From the NCBI RefSeq assembly GCF_018977255.1, contig NW_024704742.1:122824001-122888000 (forward strand): a stretch of 64,000 bases of DNA, written 5' to 3'. A program made the position numbers and the translations under genes. This DNA comes from Callorhinchus milii. Taxonomy: Eukaryota. The notes under the pieces are model-generated. The model was not told where the DNA came from. It worked only from the letters and a program-made list of their open reading frames with translations, and ran no database searches. Positions 39,912 through 53,665 of the stretch are shown here, piece after piece (position 1 is the first letter of the stretch; every line of letters begins with the position of its first letter).

Positions 39912-40408
39912 GATGCAGCCCATGTCCTCTCCCGCACTAGGCTCCCCGACCCTATCACCCCCATCCTTGCCCAGCTCCATTGGCTTCCCATCACACAGAG
40001 GATACAATTCAAGATCCTGGTCCTCACCTTCAAAGCTCTCCATGGTCTTGCTCCCCCCTACCTCTCCGACCTTCTAACTCCCTACCATCCTGTTCGCTCC
40101 CTCCACTCAGCAGGCTCCGGCCTGCTTTACGTCCCCCGCCTTGCTCGGCCCACTATGGGTGGGCTATTCCGCCACTCTGCACCCACCCTCTGGAACTCCA
40201 TCCCGCAGTTCCTCCTTTGCCACCTTCAAGGCTCACCTCAAGACACTCCTCTTCGACCGTGCTTTCGATCTCCCTGCTTCCCCCCCCTGTCCTCCACCCT
40301 CCCCCAACCCAACCCCCAGCTCAGGTCCGTAACTCTGACCAGCACCTTGGGACGACCTCCCGACGTGAAAGGCACTATACAAATGTAATTTTGCTGTTGC
40401 TGTTGTTA
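39912..40408 (+). mobile_element. L2 LINE 3' fragment
   Basis: AAHVLSRTRLPDPITPILAQLHWLPITQRIQFKIL..APTLWNSIP, then tail. Confidence 0.92.
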
Positions 40409-40717
40409 ATAATAATAATAATTCTTGCATTTGATATAGCGTTTTTCACATCTTCCAGACGTCACAAAGCGCTTCATAGACTACACTGTAAAGCGAATTG
40501 ACTATGTTTTTTGTGGGCGAAACGAGGCAGCCAATTGCGCACAGCAGTGTCTCACAAACAGTCGTGGATTGGAGTGACCAATTTATTATTGTTTTTTTTC
40601 TTGAGGGAGTATTATTAGGCGTGTGGAGTAAGGAAACTTGCCCAAGGTTTCGTCCTGCTGGGAATCAAACCCAGGTCTCTCGCTTGCGAGGTGAGTGCTC
40701 TAACCACTGAGCTACAG
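40408..40717 (-). mobile_element. Deu SINE, short form, tail-to-tail with L2
   Basis: Complete copy. Confidence 0.85.
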
Positions 40718-41598
40718 GTAAAGTTACTACATTAATTGCTGCTCTTTAAGAAATCAGAGTGCAGTCAGACTAAAGACAAATCTCCTTCCTCTCCTTGCTT
40801 GGTGATCTGGCACTGCCTCTGTACAGTGCATTGAGACATTACTCTACGTGAAGGGTGCTAAATAAATGTAAGTTGTTGTTGAAACAAATCTAATACAGGC
40901 CAATTTGCTTTCTACAAAAAATACATCACCAGATCGGTTTCAGAAGAAGAAAGCCCTTCAGTCCATCTGATCCCATCCTCCAGAACACCAACCCTTCCAT
41001 CCCCCCCATCATAGCATCAAACTATGTGTAAAAAAGGTTTGAGATTTGCCAAGTACCCAGATATATCTGACAACAAGTCCTTAACTAAAATGGGGGTGTA
41101 AACTATTACATCCAACTCCATCAGCAGGAGGTCCTACTGCAAACAAATCGATGTGGCTTCATTCAAAAGATCACTAACTGCAGGACATGAAATGGGAACA
41201 TGTCACTGGTGCCCATTGAGAAAATCATAGGTTAGGAAGCAACGCAAGATTTAACTTGGCAGCACAAATGCTTATTTTTGGGACTCGAACCAGATACATG
41301 TCCATTTTCAATGAAGTATGCCAGTGATTTCTTGCTTATACAATATGCTCTGTAATTAAACCAATTCATCCTTCAAGATGCAAACTCAAACCCAGCTGTG
41401 TGAGTAGGAATTGCTAAAGTCTCTACAATTAAGCAGCCGCTCAAAAACATTTCAGAAATACGGGGAGAGGAAGAATATTTAAGTCAGGTCTGAACACACA
41501 GCATCTTCCCTTCTCCCTCACACATACAGCACCAATAACAACTTGCATTTCAACAGTGCCCTTCACGTTACTCCTAAACTTCCTATTCAATCTGCTAC

Positions 41599-42213
41599 CA
41601 GTTGAGATTGCATTGTTTCCGTTCATTCTCTCTCTTTCTGCCAAATATGCAACTGAAAGCTAAGACTCAGCTCAACTATTTCCTGGAAAGAATTTTCTAA
41701 ACAAGTTGAAAAAAAACACAGAAAGCTGCTTGCCTGCCAGCAGTGACTGTTGAGAAACAAATAAGACATCTTAATTCTAAACCTGTGTCTAAACTGTATG
41801 CCCACATATTGTTTAAAACCCACAGATGTGACACATCTCTGTTGGTGATCTATTGCACTTCTCAAACATAATACAGGAAATTGGAAACATGGACCGATTA
41901 AACCATATCCTCAGGCACACAAACCTGGTTCTCAATGCTGCCTTCTTTCCCCTGCCTCAAAATCATTTTGGAAATTGTGATTCAGAAATTTACATAAAGT
42001 CAAAAGTTCATCGTCCTTCCTTAAGTAAATGCTGTACTCTCTTTACAAACAAGCTCAGTGCAGCACAGGCCAATGCCATGAAGGCAACTAGGCTTGATGC
42101 AGATGATGTGCTTCATGCCTCTAATAACACTGCGATAATGCTAGGCATCAAGATTATGTCCAGAGAATCATCATCAGAATTGCTTGGACAACAACAGACA
42201 ATTGTTTTTCTGT
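41599..42213 (-). pseudogene. Candidate pseudo-exon(s), FN3-like
   Basis: Acceptor ttccag; ends ..NNAIST|G in phase 1; multiple stops. Confidence 0.3.
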
Positions 42214-43147
42214 CTGGAACATAAGAGCTGCTACAAAATTCCAAGTGAATATAATAATCATTGCATTTGATATAGAACTTTATTATGTCATCAACATGTC
42301 TCAGCGCACTTTACAGGATTGGCAAGTGACTGTGTGGATTTTATCTGGGGGGTGTGGACAGGACAACAAGAGAAACATTCTCTTTTCAAATATTGCCATC
42401 TGATCTTTAATGTTTTTGATCGTGCTTATGGTCACCACCCTCTCTCCCTCTCCCCCTGGCTCATTGGCAGCTGCACCACTGTGAAGTGCTCCGGGACACT
42501 ACCCCGCGTGAAAGGGGCTACAACAACGTAAATTGTTGTCTGAAAGGCAAGACTTCCAACAATGCAGCACACCCACAGTGAGTTTCAGCTTGAGGTGGAG
42601 TTTGAACCTACAACCATCTAACTCAGAGTGCTACCAACTGTGCCAGGCTATCAACTAAAAGATTGATAGAATGCAGGAGTAGGCTGAATATCTTAAGTGT
42701 GGAGAAAACTATACACATAACTCACATCAGTCGTTCAATATAAATATTTTACATTTCTGTCTTCTCTTTTTCTATTCTCTGCCACGCTCTCCTTAGCCTT
42801 TTTGCTACATAGATTCATGATTGTATGATTCGTGATTGTCTGGGTTATCCTTTCTCTAAGTATTCCTCAGCAAGGAATTTTAAAATCAACAATGAACAGT
42901 ATCCGGAACTAATTATTTGGAAAAGGTAATTTTGTCTGCTTTCATATTGATTGCTTGAATTAAATGCTAAATGCATATAATGAGATGCAATCTTGCACTT
43001 TTCTCCTCAGATCGTGAACTCTGCCTAATAAACAGATTCATGCCATTTAACACTTTCTCTGCATAATCATTTATTCAGCACTACCAGACTGTAATTTTCA
43101 CCAGCTGCTGCAAAACAGATATCCAACAATGAGAGACTGTGGCTTAC

Positions 43148-43307
43148 CCTCCACTGCATTTGAATGAACAGCACTAATGATATAACATTAGACGGCAGAA
43201 GCTATCACTAACAGCTTGAACAGGAGTAAACCCTTTTTAAATTCATGCAGACATTTCCAGTGCCATCTGTCCGCATTCCCATTTAATGTTCTTCTATCTT
43301 TTGGTAA
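43148..43307 (-). pseudogene. Pseudo-exon: C8
   Basis: Acceptor ttattattctag and donor gtaagc; WKCLHEF / SFCRLMLYH*C / IQMQWR in shifting frames. Confidence 0.5.
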
Positions 43308-43419
43308 CTAGAATAATAAAGATGAACAGAGATCCTTTCCCCTCTTTACCACACTGATTCATGGTCCACCTCATAGTGTTATCCATGAAAGGCAACACAT
43401 GACAGGCTGTTTCAACTAG

Positions 43420-44150
43420 TCCAGAATAATAAAACCAGAGGACATGGCCTGCAATTAAAATGGGGGTAAATTCAGAACAAATCTACAGAAACACTATTTC
43501 AGTGAGCAAATAGTAAACCTGTAGAAAAGGCTCCCAAGGGAGACAGTTGAAGCAGGAAATGTTGATTTCTTCAAACACAGATACGATAGTTTTGTTTTAG
43601 GAAGCAACATTATGGATATAGTACATAGGTAGTTTGGGACATATGTGCATGCGACCGCCAGGAAGGTGGAAGGGGAATTAAATGGACTTTGGTTGTCTAG
43701 CATTTCATATATTATTATGTCATGTATCCTTATGTTCTTATGTATCCAACATTATGTATCCATCACTTTTAACCCACGCCAGTGGTATCCAATATCTCTC
43801 TCCTAGAATAATAGGATATTTTATTATAAACGAGCTGTTCCCATTTACTTTGGAGTCCATAACCAGGAGACACAAGAACAAGGCAGCAACTAGGGGAGCT
43901 AAAAGAGAATTTAGCAGGAACCACTTCACGCAGAGATTGGTGGGATTGTGGAACTCACTGCATGAAGGGGTGTTTGATTCAGATACGAGAGATGCACTTA
44001 AGAGGAAACTAGATATGAGGGAAAAGAGAATAGAAGGGTATGTAAGGGAGTAAGGAGTGGGTGAAGACTTGTGGAGCATAAATTCCAGCATGGACCAATT
44101 GGGCCAAATAGCCTGTTTCCATGTTGTACATTTCATGTAAATCTATGTAA
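43420..44150 (+). mobile_element. Two CR1 LINE 3' fragments
   Basis: FSEQIVNL*KRLPRETVEA and HFTQRLVGLWNSL motifs. Confidence 0.75.
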
Positions 44151-44228
44151 ATTCCCCACCCCCACCCTTCCCCCACCCCGACCTTCTTCTGTAGCCTCAT
44201 GTAAAGCCAGAAAACCAATAGCAATAAC

Positions 44229-44755
44229 CTTTAAAAACTACTATTCGTGTGGATTATATGATAATTCCCAGGATAACTACACACAAGACAATGAACGAAC
44301 ATTTCATTTCTATAGATTCCTGTGAATATTTCATTGCTAAATCTTAAGAGATTTTAGGTCTCTTTTTCTTCAGATTGACCTTTTCTTTCCCGTGTACCAC
44401 ATATCATATCAAAGTTGATTTTAAGGAAAGAACATGTTTTCGGCTGGTAAATGATTAATCAGCCTCTCAGCCTCTCGAGATATAGAAATTCCTCTGAAAT
44501 CCTTGCTACTGTCTTATTGTGTCCCCACGGCATTCATTATCCCAATATTATTTTCTCTACGTACAAGCATGTGCCAGTAGCTCTCCTTTCTGCAATGTCT
44601 GATCAAAGGGAGTGCAGCAAGCAGCAAAAGCTAATTAACACTTTTAAAAGAACTATCCGTAGTTATTTTCAGCAACATTTTCCCATGTGAAAAATTGAGA
44701 ACATGCAGAATGGCAACAATATACATCACACACTGGACACTGCTGTGTTCCAGTG
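44229..44755 (-). pseudogene. Pseudo-exon: vWD N-terminal
   Basis: Acceptor gttttcag; VQCVMYIVAILHVLNFSHGK; stops and an 8-bp duplication at 44460-44475. Confidence 0.4.
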
Positions 44756-45142
44756 CTGAAAACATTGTATTGCATTGACCTTTGACTGGGTCTAATGTGT
44801 ACTATTCATATATGCTTGTGAAATGTTCCTGCATTTACATAGTTCCCTTCAATCGGAGCTCTTTATAATGGCTATCAGTCTTGAAAGGGGACATTTAGTG
44901 TTACTGTATATAAAATTTAAAATGGGATTAAAAAGTAAATCCATTTGAGGCTGCACCAAAACAGTAGAACAAGAGAATACAGCTTTAGAGTTGCAAACAC
45001 CAGTTTCAGAACAAATACCAAGAAGTTTTTTTCTTTACCTAGAGGGCAATTAACAACTGGAACAGGTTGGCAATAAGAGTTGTTGAAGCTAGGTCAATGG
45101 ACTTATTAAAAAAAAAGCTTGGTGCTGTGAATGGAAGATAGA

Positions 45143-45492
45143 ACAACAATAATCCCGCATTTGACAGAGCCTGATCATGTCTTCAAGATGTCTCAAAGCG
45201 CTTCACAGAATATATTGTAAAGTGAATTGACTGTATATTTTGTGGGCAAAACACTCACAATTGTCAATTGTCCCACAAGCAGTCATGGATTAAGTGACCA
45301 ATTTTCTTTTGAAGGAAATATTATCCCCGGGAAAGCAATCCCTCAATCAACTAACAACTGGGTTCCTACTTACTGGTAGGTAAACAGGAGTGTGGAGTAA
45401 GGAAACTCGCCCAGGGTTTCACCCTGCTGGGAATCAAACCCAGGTCTCTCACTTGCGAGGCGAGTGCTCTAATCATTGAGCTACAGGACTCC
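45143..45492 (-). mobile_element. Deu SINE, long form, inserted in a CR1 fragment
   Basis: Complete SINE flanked by CR1 3' pieces (about 45000-45140 and 45495-45577). Confidence 0.8.
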
Positions 45493-45842
45493 TGTAGTTG
45501 GGGTGGGCATTCTGGAAGGATGAGATCTAATGGGCTGAAGGGCCTTCTTCATCTGAACCAATCTTGTGATCTTGTGACGGGGAGAAGGGAGAGGGGGAGG
45601 TGATCATAGGCGGTGTCAAAGAGGTAAGTTTTTAGGCAGGACATAAAGACAGAGAGAGAGGTGAAATGGAGGGGGAGGCAGTTAGGGGCATGGTAGCTGA
45701 AAACTTGGCATAACCATTTGTATTAGGATCATAGAACAATAGAAATTTACAGCACAGAAGAAGACCATTCAGCCCATTGCGTATTTGCTGGATTTTTTCA
45801 GAGCAATTCATTCAGTCTTATTTGGACTGGTGGAGTTATTTG

Positions 45843-46166
45843 GTGGAGTCCTGTAGCTCAGTGGTTAGAGCACTCGGTTTGCAAGTGAGAGACCTGAGTT
45901 CAATTCCAGGCAGGGCGAAACCTTGGGCAAGTTTCCTTACTCCACACGCCTAATAATAATCCCTCCAAAAACCAAAAACAATAATAAATTGGTCATTTTC
46001 AATCTACGACTGTTTGTGGGACATTGCTGTGCGCAATTGGCTGCCGCGTTCGCCCACAAATATACAGTCAATTCACTTTACAGTGTGTTCTGTGAAGCGC
46101 TTTGGGACGTCCTCCCGACGTGAAAAGCGCTATATCAAATGCAAGGATTATTATTATTATTATTAT
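45843..46166 (+). mobile_element. Deu SINE, short form, young copy
   Basis: Near-identical to 3013-3340. Confidence 0.9.
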
Positions 46167-46467
46167 ACCCCTGTAGTTTACTTCCTTTTAGGTATGTATT
46201 TAGTTCCCTTTTGAAAGCCAATATGGATTTCTGCCTCAACCACCACTCCAGGCAGGGCATTCGATATCCTACTCTCTATGAAAAAATATCCTAACCTCTC
46301 CATTTGTTGTTTGCTAGCTTGATGCCAGCTAGAACATCAAATTTGCATTTATATAATGCCTTAAAAATCAGGAGGTCATCCCAAGGCTCGACAATTACTG
46401 ACTTACCGACCAGTAGAAATAATTTTTCCACACTGACTCTTTCAAAACCCATTGTAATTTTAAAGAA

Positions 46468-47340
46468 CTCAGGAAGGTGGAGTGTGCAACCATGGATGGT
46501 GATGCTGTCAGCAACTGAGGTGCGAAGGCGCTGACGGGAGCCAATCAGGAGAGCCTCGGTCTTGCTGACATTCAACTGAAGAAAGTTAGCTCTCATCCAG
46601 GACTTGATGTCTGACAGACATTCTGTCAGGACAGCAGTGGTCCTGGAGTCAAGGGTGGAGGCAGAGAAGTAGAGTTGGGTGTCATCCGCATACATGTGGA
46701 AATTGACCCCATGTCTGCGGATGATATCACCAAGAGGGAGCATATAGATATTGATGAGGAGGGGATCAAGGTCAGAGCCCTGAGGATACTGCACAAGACG
46801 GTGCGGGGGTTAGAGGAGAAGCTGTTTGAGGAGATGAAGTGCAGGCGATGTGAGAGGTACGGTCTGAACCAATCAAGGACAACGCCGTGGAAGTTGAGGT
46901 GAGAGGAGAGGCGGTGGATGAGGACAGAGTGGTCGACGGTGTCGAAAGCAGCAGAGAGGTCAAGGAGGACGAGGAGGCAGAGGGAGCCCTGGTCACAGAT
47001 GGACAGAATGTCATTGATCACTTTGACCAGAGTGGTTTCTGTGCTGTGGGCGGCACGGAAACCCGATTGGAGGGGTTCGAGAAGGGAGTAGCAGAAGAGG
47101 AAGGAGCGAAGTAACAACTCGTTTCAGGACCTTGAATAGGAAGGGGAGGTTGGAGATGGGGCAGTAGTTAGGGAATAGAGAAGGGAGAGTTTTTTAAGGA
47201 TAGGAGTGATGACAGTGGTTTTTAAAGGGATGGAAACTGTACCAGAGGACAGGTACAGTGAGTAGAGGGGCAAGGAGGTGGAGCTGGGAGGTAAGGAGTG
47301 TGGTAGGGATGGGCTCGAGGGAGCAGTTGGTGGTTTTCAT
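46468..47340 (-). mobile_element. L2 LINE internal fragment, reverse transcriptase core (frameshifted)
   Basis: QSGFRAAHSTETTL, LLDLSAAFDTVDH, PQGSDLDPLL, HMYADDTQLY and FLQLNVSKTE. Confidence 0.95.
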
Positions 47341-47704
47341 ACATAAATATATTTAACAGGTCAAAAAAAGGGACACAAATTCATGCTCAGAAAGTGAACA
47401 GAAAGTTTATGTTTAATTAATTTTCAGAGAGTAGTAAATAATTGGAATAGACTACCCAGGGAGACACATTATTTCAGCAAATTCAAGAGAGAATTAGATA
47501 GGTATCTAGTGAATAATTAATTAATAGACTGAGAGAGAACTAGCGCAGGAATTTTTTTCAAACTTTTGGGTCCTATAATAATAATAAATAATCCTTGCAT
47601 TTGATATAGCACTTTGTCGAGATATCTCAGAGGTTTTTACTGTGAAAGTGCAGTGACCTTGTATTTATGGGCAAACATTATTAACTTTGTGGGGTGTGCT
47701 TTAC

Positions 47705-48102
47705 CTTAAGAACGCTCGAAGCCTTTCATCTCTTCTCCACTTTTTATAGAAGGAATAAGACAGGTAGAGAAGAATTACACTCCCGATACAGCCAAACACT
47801 GCTCCAGTAAGCACATCCCTGGGTAAGAGGAATAATGAAAGAGGTAGTTAGCAGAGGTTCACAAATTCCAAGCAGAGTCTACTTCAACTTGTAATCTTCT
47901 GATAGAAGCAAGTTATAGAAATAAAGATACGTTCAAAAACTACACTCATGTAAAGGAATTATTCTGCAATGGCAGCTTTACCAACCTCGATCTTCCCATC
48001 CTCTGTCATTCAATACATTGAGTTGACTTGTTACCAGATAGTCTGAGTTTGTATCTCACTGAGTCTACTTGGCATAACCAAGACTACTACTTCAGTTACT
48101 CT
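47705..48102 (-). pseudogene. Pseudo-exon: vWD C-terminal half
   Basis: Acceptor ttttag and donor gtaaag; EDYKLK*TLLGICEPLLTTSFIIP..WSSVWLYREC (compare YxGKxxGLCG..SW..C). Confidence 0.5.
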
Positions 48103-48121
48103 CTAAAATCCATTTATAAGC

Positions 48122-48520
48122 CAGGTGTCAGTTGGTAACACTTTTCCTTCTGAATCAAAAGGTTGGGGGTTCAATCCCATGTCTAGACTGAAACTCCAGT
48201 GCAGTGCTGGGGGAGTGCTGCAATGTCAGCGATAAGACATTAAACAGAGGACCCATCTGCCTGTTCAGGTAGACATTAAAGATCTCATGGCGTTATTCAA
48301 AAGGAGAAGGGAGTTCCTCCTGGTGCCCTGGCCAACAATCCCCCAAATAAAGTTAGTCATTCACGTCATGGCTGTTTCTGGGATAATGCTATATGCACAT
48401 TGACTGCCAATTTTATGTCTAAAATATTCACTGCACTTTACAATAAATCTTGTAAAGCATTTGATATGACCTCTCAACATGAAAGGTGTTATTTTAAATG
48501 GAAGGACTAGCTTTTTATTA
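48122..48520 (+). mobile_element. Old Deu SINE (SacSINE1-like)
   Basis: Head, core and tail recognisable. Confidence 0.75.
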
Positions 48521-48764
48521 TTACCTCACCCCCTCTTCTACTCTTGTCATCCTTCGTGGTCTCTTATGCCTAAATTTCACAATTAAAAAAATGTTAATAA
48601 AGAAATGGTGCTAAAAACTAGATGCCAGAGTGTACATTAAGTGATGTTGTTTTGAAGTTTGGAGTCTTTTTTCCCAACAGTACAAAAAGTCCTTTGACAC
48701 TCTGTGTATATCACAGACAATGTCCCCCACTCCACCAGCTCCACTAAAAGTACCTCTGCAACCC

Positions 48765-49100
48765 CTTAACCCTGTCCGCTCCCTTCACTCTGCAGGCACT
48801 GGCCTACTCCACGTCCCCCGCTCAGCCTGCTCCACTATTGACGATTGGGCTTTCAGCCTTTCTGACCCCACCCTCTGGAACTCTGTCTCGCTCCTTCTCT
48901 TGCCTCCTTCAAGGCAAACCCAAGACCTTCCTTTTCAACTGTGCCTTTGGTCATCTTCTCTCCTCCACCCACCTTACCCTCCATCCCTGTCTGATCCCAA
49001 CCCATAGCTCAGGTGCATTGTCCAGCGCATTAGGATGTCCTCCAGACATGAAAGGCACTATATAAAAGCAATTTGTTGTTGTTGTTATTATTGTTGTTGT
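48765..49100 (+). mobile_element. L2 LINE 3' end
   Basis: PVRSLHSAGTGLLHVPR..PTLWNS, then (GTT)n tail. Confidence 0.8.
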
Positions 49101-51302
49101 TAAAAGTAACCATCAGCATAAAATCTGTCTCATTGAGATAATGGATAAAGTTTCCAGAGCTGCCTCATTCAGTGCAAGACAGAATGATGTTCATCTCTGT
49201 GATCAGATATTTAAATATAAATAAACCATAGTTCAGCCAAGCGAAAATATCCAATTTGAGTTATTTGCACTTAAATATCTTGGATGTGTTGTCTACAGTA
49301 TACAACATTTAATAACACAACCATCCTCTTAGCAGCAGCTAAGCTTACAGTGAAATACCAACAGCTCAGTTTCCAGTCTGGTTATCTCAAGAGAAAGATT
49401 TCACAATTACCACAGGACTGAGATGAGAACAAAACAAGGTGGAAATTCACAGCAGATCAATCAGCATCTGAAAACTAATAATAATCCTTGCATTTGATAC
49501 AGCAACGTATCATGTTATTGAAACATCTCAAAGCAATTCACAGATTTACTGAAGTGGTTGACCAATTTTTATGGATGGATTGTTGGCCAGGACACCTGAA
49601 GAAACTCCATTCTGTTTTTGAATAGTCCCAGGGATCTGAGACACCATCCTGTGTGAAGGATGTATATAAATGCAAATTGTTATCGTCTCATCCGAAGGAT
49701 AGCACTTCCAACAATGTAACATGCTATTGGAGTATCAGACTAGATGTGAATGATGTCCACACAATGGGACTAACATATGCAGTGTACTTATTGTAAACAT
49801 ATCCAGTAATAATCTACAGTTGATTACTTGGAAATAAATGTGTATATCCTCCTCAGTACTGCAGTTCATCTTGTGACTAAAGCTTTCATATCTATGTGTA
49901 AAAGGCTGATGTTTCAAAACTTGTTGAGTGTTTATCAGAAACTGCATGAGCTGGAAATTAGTGGCATTTGCGTGCATCAGCTCCCTGTAGTATTGCATTT
50001 CTTCGTGTTTTTGTTGAAAAAGAAACTTTGAAATGATATGTAAACAGGAAACGTTTATTTAAATAGATCAGGGAAGATTTGAGGAATTTATAAAAATGGG
50101 TTCAATCTCTACAGTAGTATCTGGAAACATAACACATTAAGATACTGAAGAGATACTGTTACTCTTTTTGGCTGGAACAAGGACCAAAGGTCAAAATCTA
50201 TGTTGGCTTTCAAGAGGGAACAAGACAGATACATTGGTATGTGAAGGGGAAAAGATGTGCGGGGCGTGGAGGAGGGAATGATGATGACCCTACAACAGTT
50301 AAAGACCTAGACAGTAACAGTCAAATACAACATGAAGGCGGATGATGTATTTTTTTGTGACGTAAAAAATTTACTATAAGGTCTTGCATCAATAACATTT
50401 GCATCTATTGCAGACCTCGTTTGCAAATCAGTAGCAATAACAAACCTCCAAGAAATAAGCATTCATGTAGTTGAAGGCACTTACTGCCAGACACAGTCCT
50501 ATTGAAGGTCAGGACACAACCACAACAAGTGCAGAGGGCACAGCAACATAACCTTTAAAGTAGACAAAATTCTGAGTGTGCACAGCGTGTTACTCAGCTG
50601 CTGTAAATCAAACTGCGCAACTCAAAATCCAACGCCCACTTTGCCAAGATCATCTTTGTATCGCATTTAATCTAAACTGAAGCAGATGTGATCGCCAACG
50701 CACGCAGTAAACAAGTTCCCAATTCTAAGAAAAGTTGAATAAACTTAGTTCCAACTGTGTTTTTTCTGAATTAAAGTGAAAGCATCCTTGCATTTTACGA
50801 AGCTTAGACCTCCCGCTTTGCACAAATGCTCAGTCAAACTCACAACAACAACAACTAGCATTAACTTAGCGCCCTTCACGCGGGTAACGTCTCGGAACAC
50901 TTAACAGGGGTATGATTTGATGCCGAGCTGGAACAAGAGGGGAAGTAACCAATATCGCTATAGTAATACTATCTCGCTATAATAATAATCTCAATTTTAC
51001 ACTTATGTACAGCCTTTCATGTCTGGAGGATGTTTCAAAGGGCTTTGCAGAACTTTCTGGGAGACTGAGCTGAGGGTGGGGGGAGCTAAGGAAGCGGGGG
51101 GGGGGGGTGGGTGGGGAGGGGAGAAGGTGAACAAAAGTGCGTTAAAAAAGTCCTCATGCGGGCTTTAAAATAATAATAGGCCGTGCAGAACTTGGGACAC
51201 TTTACGATGAATCCTGTGAAGCACTTCAAGATGTCGTCCTCCTGACATTCAAAGCACCATATCAAATGTGGGGATTATCCTTATTTATTTCATGGAGTTT
51301 AC

Positions 51303-51504
51303 CAACGTCAGCTACACTTAGTCACTGCTCTCCAGTCTATTGGAACATGTCTTGCTTTCTTGTAGGTACAGTACCCACTGAGAATCACAGTCTGTTCTCA
51401 GACAGACTAGTCACACACTGGGATTTCTCCATCTCGTGCATAGGAGTTACAAATACCAACAACCTCAACAATTGTGAGGTTTTCCAATTCGACTACTTGA
51501 ATTG
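51303..51504 (-). pseudogene. Pseudo-exon: C8 domain
   Basis: ..VCD*SV*..ILSGYCTYKKARHVPIDWRAVTKCS*; the VxIxWRxxTxC ending is typical of C8. Confidence 0.7.
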
Positions 51505-51939
51505 CTAAATTACTAGAGAAGATACGATACAAGGCACAGATTGTTATGGATTGAGTAAAGGGAATAAACAACATCAAAAATAACACAAAAAATAAATATA
51601 AAACTTATGTTTCAACAGCAAGTTCTTAAAACAAGCAGGGGCTCTTGTGTTTATGTGTGCAAATATTTCGTTCAGTTCACACCCTGCAGCAACAACAACA
51701 GCTTGCATTTACATTTACATTTCTCATGCACAGTAGCGTCCCAGAGCGCGAACTCCACTCTTCGGTGTCTGAAACTTGCGAAGCTCAATATGGAAAGGAA
51801 ATGGTTCTGTAAGCGTTTCTGTTTAAATGTTTAGAGGGTGTTGGTGAAATTAACAAACTGAATAACAAAAGTTTGAATGAATCGCATTGTATGTAAATTT
51901 TCAACTTTTTTTAAAAAGAATATCAAAACCAAACTGAAG

Positions 51940-52430
51940 ATTCCACACATACCAACTAAACATGGAAATTCCCCTCTTTGGAATGGAATGCACACTCGCC
52001 CCTGGAGGGGAACTCAACCTCCATACCTAATTCCTGAGAATATGAGGTGCAGGTTGGCAAGAGCCAAGCCCAACCAGCTAAAACCGCATAGCTTGCCATT
52101 CATTGAAAGCATTGTTTGGCAAGCTACCCACTGCTGATACAATTAGGACCTCCCTAACCATTGGGTATTGGCTTGCAGGGTTAACAGGAGCTGAGTGGGA
52201 AGAATCCTTGCCTCCATAATGTCCTCGCGACATGAAAGACGCTATACAATTGTAATTTTTGTATTGTATTGTATTATCCTTCCGAGCACTACTGATGAGC
52301 CAGGCTGGCTGGCCTATCACTAGCAGTGCCTGGAGTATTGTGGACCCGCCTGGATGAGGAACAGAACTACCAAAACCTGATTTGGACATTCCCAGCAGTC
52401 TGATAGAATCAAAGGGTTGTTAGGACACTG
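51940..52430 (+). repeat. Repeat family X copy with L2-tail insertion
   Basis: Same motifs as 2515-2776 and 31620-32290. Confidence 0.65.
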
Positions 52431-52484
52431 GACCTAAACAATACTCAATAATATTGTATCATACCTCATGGCTATGTGGAGTGT

Positions 52485-52616
52485 AGGGTATTCCCTGGTG
52501 AAAACACAGATTATATCAGAGGAGTTTTTGCTTCTGTCCAAAGTGGAGCACTTCTTAGATCTCAGTTGGCAGAAAACAAGATCATCTATTTTTTTTTAAA
52601 TGAAACCTATTGAAAG
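52485..52616 (-). pseudogene. Exon remnant
   Basis: Polypyrimidine acceptor ending aatcacag and donor gtatga; KIDDLVFCQLRSKKC..DIICVF after a poly-A frameshift. Confidence 0.4.
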
Positions 52617-53297
52617 CTGTGATTAAAAAAAGGAGAAAGAGTAGATGGCAATAAATGGAGAATAAGAGTAATCTACAATTATAATTCAGTGGTAACTGGA
52701 AGAGAAAAAGATAATTTTGCAAACAGGTTTTGCATGAGTCAATAGTTGAAAGCAGAAAAATGAATAAAACACTGACATTGGAAATTCAAAATTAAAAGGG
52801 AAAAACTGGTTCATTCAGCGCCTGACAGGGAAAGGCAGTTAAATATTCCAAGTAGCATCCCTGCACCAGAAACATTCGCCAATTTTTATCTTTTAGATGG
52901 AAATTTAAGCATTCCTGTTTTTACTGTCTCCTTGTCTACAGAAATGTATTGCACGATGATACCACTTCTCATTCAGCAATGAACGGCATCTTAAGAAACC
53001 TTTTGCATCCAATTCATGCTGTCTTTTTTAATACAAAGTCTTCCTGTGTATCATGTTAAAGTGCATCTAAAGTTAATGATTTGCTGTCCCCTAATGGTAG
53101 CATTTAGTATAAAGATTTTATATTTACCTATACATTTCCTTAAACTGTATGAATTAAAAATGTTACATTTAATTTCCTCTAAACATGGACTTTGTATAAG
53201 ATTTATTTTAATTTATTTAAGTAAGGGGTAGAGAGAGAGAGGGAAAGAGAAAGGGGAGAGCAGAGAGAAAGAAGAGAAGATAGAATGCGATTTAGAG

Positions 53298-53665
53298 AGT
53301 GGTAGCACTCTCACCTCTGAGAAGGTTGTGGGTTCAAGCCCCATGTCAGGACATGGAATACATAGTCTAAGTTGACACTCCAATGCAGTGCTGGAGGTGC
53401 CTTCCTTCAGATGAGACGTTAAAACTGAGGTCCCGTCTGGCTGTTCAGGTGGGCATTAAACATCCCGCGGCACTATTCGAAAAGAGCAGGGAGTTAGTTT
53501 CTGCCGGTTCCCTGGCCAACAATCCCCCCAAACAATATTAGTCACTCACTCCATGGCTGTTTGTGGGACATTGCTGCACACAAAATTGACGACTGCATTC
53601 ACCCACAAATGCAGTCACACCACTTTACTGTGCACTATGTCACGTGAAGCGCTTTGAGATGTCTC
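53298..53665 (+). mobile_element. Old Deu SINE (SacSINE1-like)
   Basis: ggtagcactctcacctctgag..gatgagacgttaaa.., followed by Deu core. Confidence 0.8.

Noticed and set aside
46291..47117. Functional reverse transcriptase gene
   Set aside because: Short, frameshifted internal L2 fragment truncated at both ends.
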